In this document: positions 37,303 to 38,721 of the stretch, piece after piece
How positions within the stretch are numbered: the first letter of the stretch is position 1
Layout of the letters: each line of letters starts with the position of its first letter
DNA from: Candidatus Cloacimonadota bacterium
GTDB lineage: Bacteria; Cloacimonadota; Cloacimonadia; Cloacimonadales; WRIO01
Direction of reading: 5' to 3'
DNA: 38,721 nucleotides
Assembly (NCBI GenBank): GCA_029564175.1
Contig: JAKQQL010000415.1
Coordinates: forward strand, 1-38,721
The notes under the pieces: generated by a model
Told to the model about the DNA's origin: nothing
Seen by the model: only the letters and a program-made list of their open reading frames with translations
Databases searched by the model: none
Position numbers and translations under genes: made by a program

Positions 37303-38591
37303 TATTCCTCCATTCCGCAATAATATGCCATTTGAGCATACAATAATTTTATATTGATTTGGTTGATTTCATATTTTATCTTTGCTTCACTTGCTCTGGA
37401 TTCCACTTCCAGTAAATCCAGATTACTAACTGCCTGATTTTCATATTTTCTATTTGTCAGTTCATATCTCAGGTTTTCCTGTTGACTTAGTTTATCTAAC
37501 AAATCGCTTTGCTGAATATAAAACTCAATATTCAGATATAACTGCTCAATCTCTCTGTTTATCTGGTTTTTTAGTCTCTGCTCTTCAATCTTAATATGTT
37601 TCAAAGAATGATCTGCCTGACTCTTCTTGTGTTGGGTTGATTTCCAGTCAAAAGGAGTCCATGAAAATGATATGCCTGTGCTTGCATAAGGGTTCCAGCC
37701 TTCTTCCTGCTGCATCCCCGGATTGGCGTAATGCAATTCTCCAAACGCATATACCTGAGGTAAATTACCTGAGCTAATTGTTTCTTTTTGTTTAGTGATG
37801 ATATCAGATCTGGTTTTTAACTGTTTAAACTCAACTCTCTGCTGTAAGGCATTTTGTTGATAATAGGCAAGCGTGTTGAGTGAAGACAATTCATTAAGCA
37901 CGACTTTTAATTGAATATCCTCATTTGTATTCATCAATTCTTTAAGCTCAAGTAAAAGCATTTTTGTCTGATTTAACAAATCATTTTTTACACTGATCAG
38001 TTCCAGTTTTTTATTGGCAATGTCAAGGGTATCTTGCGGTATCGCCTGTTTTTCTATGTAAAGTTGTCTGATTTTTATTAACTGCTTATCCAGTCGAGAT
38101 ATACTCTCATTTGTAATCTCTGCCTGTTTCTGTTTTAACAAAACCTGATAATACAGTTGAGAACATCTGAATTTGACCTTATCCTCAAGATTTTTAATCT
38201 CTAGCTCCAGATTTTCTTTTTCCAAACCGGCAATCTTAATCTGACTGCTGACCCGCTTACCTGACCATAATAACTGTTGAACCTGAAGATAATAGTCATA
38301 GCGCTCGTGAGTTCCGATTTCTTTGGTTACTAAACCCAGATTCATTTCGGGGACATCTGTATTATAAAGCATTGATGACTTCAACGAAAACTGCAGAAGT
38401 TTCTGATTTTGTTCTATCTTAATCTGTAAAGACTGAGCATCAATTTTTGATTTGAGCTGACTAATCGTCAGATTACTTTCGACAGCTCTTTTTTGAATAT
38501 CCTGTAGCGTCATTTCCTCTGCAAACAATATGACAGAGAAAAGGATTATCATAAGAATACTAAGGCTGTTTTTAAGTGTCAGTTTTTTCAT
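37302..38591 (-). CDS. TolC-family outer membrane efflux protein
   Basis: Signal peptide from ATG 38591; two OEP-like repeats (Q.LW.G; LPQV...GISFSW.PFDW; Y......LDLLE); operon context. Confidence 0.85.
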   Translation of the reverse strand: MKKLTLKNSLSILMIILFSVILFAEEMTLQDIQKRAVESNLTISQLKSKIDAQSLQIKIEQNQKLLQFSLKSSMLYNTDVPEMNLGLVTKEIGTHERYDYYLQVQQLLWSGKRVSSQIKIAGLEKENLELEIKNLEDKVKFRCSQLYYQVLLKQKQAEITNESISRLDKQLIKIRQLYIEKQAIPQDTLDIANKKLELISVKNDLLNQTKMLLLELKELMNTNEDIQLKVVLNELSSLNTLAYYQQNALQQRVEFKQLKTRSDIITKQKETISSGNLPQVYAFGELHYANPGMQQEEGWNPYASTGISFSWTPFDWKSTQHKKSQADHSLKHIKIEEQRLKNQINREIEQLYLNIEFYIQQSDLLDKLSQQENLRYELTNRKYENQAVSNLDLLEVESRASEAKIKYEINQINIKLLYAQMAYYCGMEE

Positions 38592-38592
38592 C

Positions 38593-38721
38593 TTAACCTT
38601 CTTTCTGAATTCCAAACCATACCAGGTTGAATATCTCTTCTTTTCGTTCTTCTCTGAATTTCTCACTGTACAGGTCAGCATCGCGCCAGATACTCCGTAC
38701 AATATTATGAGCAATAAAAGG
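38593..38721 (-). CDS. C-terminal fragment of an upstream gene, probably a TetR-family regulator (runs off the window end)
   Basis: An open 43-codon frame, PFIAHNIVRSIWRDADLYSEKFREERKEEIFNLVWFGIQKEG*, ends just before the TolC ATG. The family is inferred from tail pattern and operon position. Confidence 0.55.
   Translation of the reverse strand, partial: PFIAHNIVRSIWRDADLYSEKFREERKEEIFNLVWFGIQKEG

Overview
A+T-rich bacterial chromosomal window. The FlgD/T9SS-type C-terminal tails and gene content suggest Cloacimonadota or a related FCB lineage (inference). In order, it contains: (1) the 5' end and promoter of a 16S rRNA gene; (2) a two-gene operon of large secreted proteins bracketed by a ~168-bp degenerate direct repeat; (3) hldD, small accessory genes, kbl and an rsmI operon; (4) a long minus-strand housekeeping run (trmB, dGTPase-like, frameshifting prfB, uppS, cdsA, MltD-like, rimI, nadB, tmk, ctpA); (5) a uracil permease and an S1-domain protein; (6) an arginine-synthetase-like gene plus carbamate kinase converging on speD-speE; (7) tRNA-Pro and tRNA-Val; (8) a TetR-TolC-HlyD-ABC export operon. 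The best candidate for an undescribed system is the speD-speE leader. It holds an unannotated 43-codon ORF whose start is buried in a 13-bp helix and whose stop codon base-pairs (10 bp, perfect) with the speD ribosome-binding region, the layout of a leader-peptide translational switch for spermidine synthesis. Second is the repeated promoter-upstream module shared by the rRNA, tRNA and secreted-protein promoters. No CRISPR array, transposase or integrase was seen. All calls are by eye from motifs; no searches or folding programs were run.
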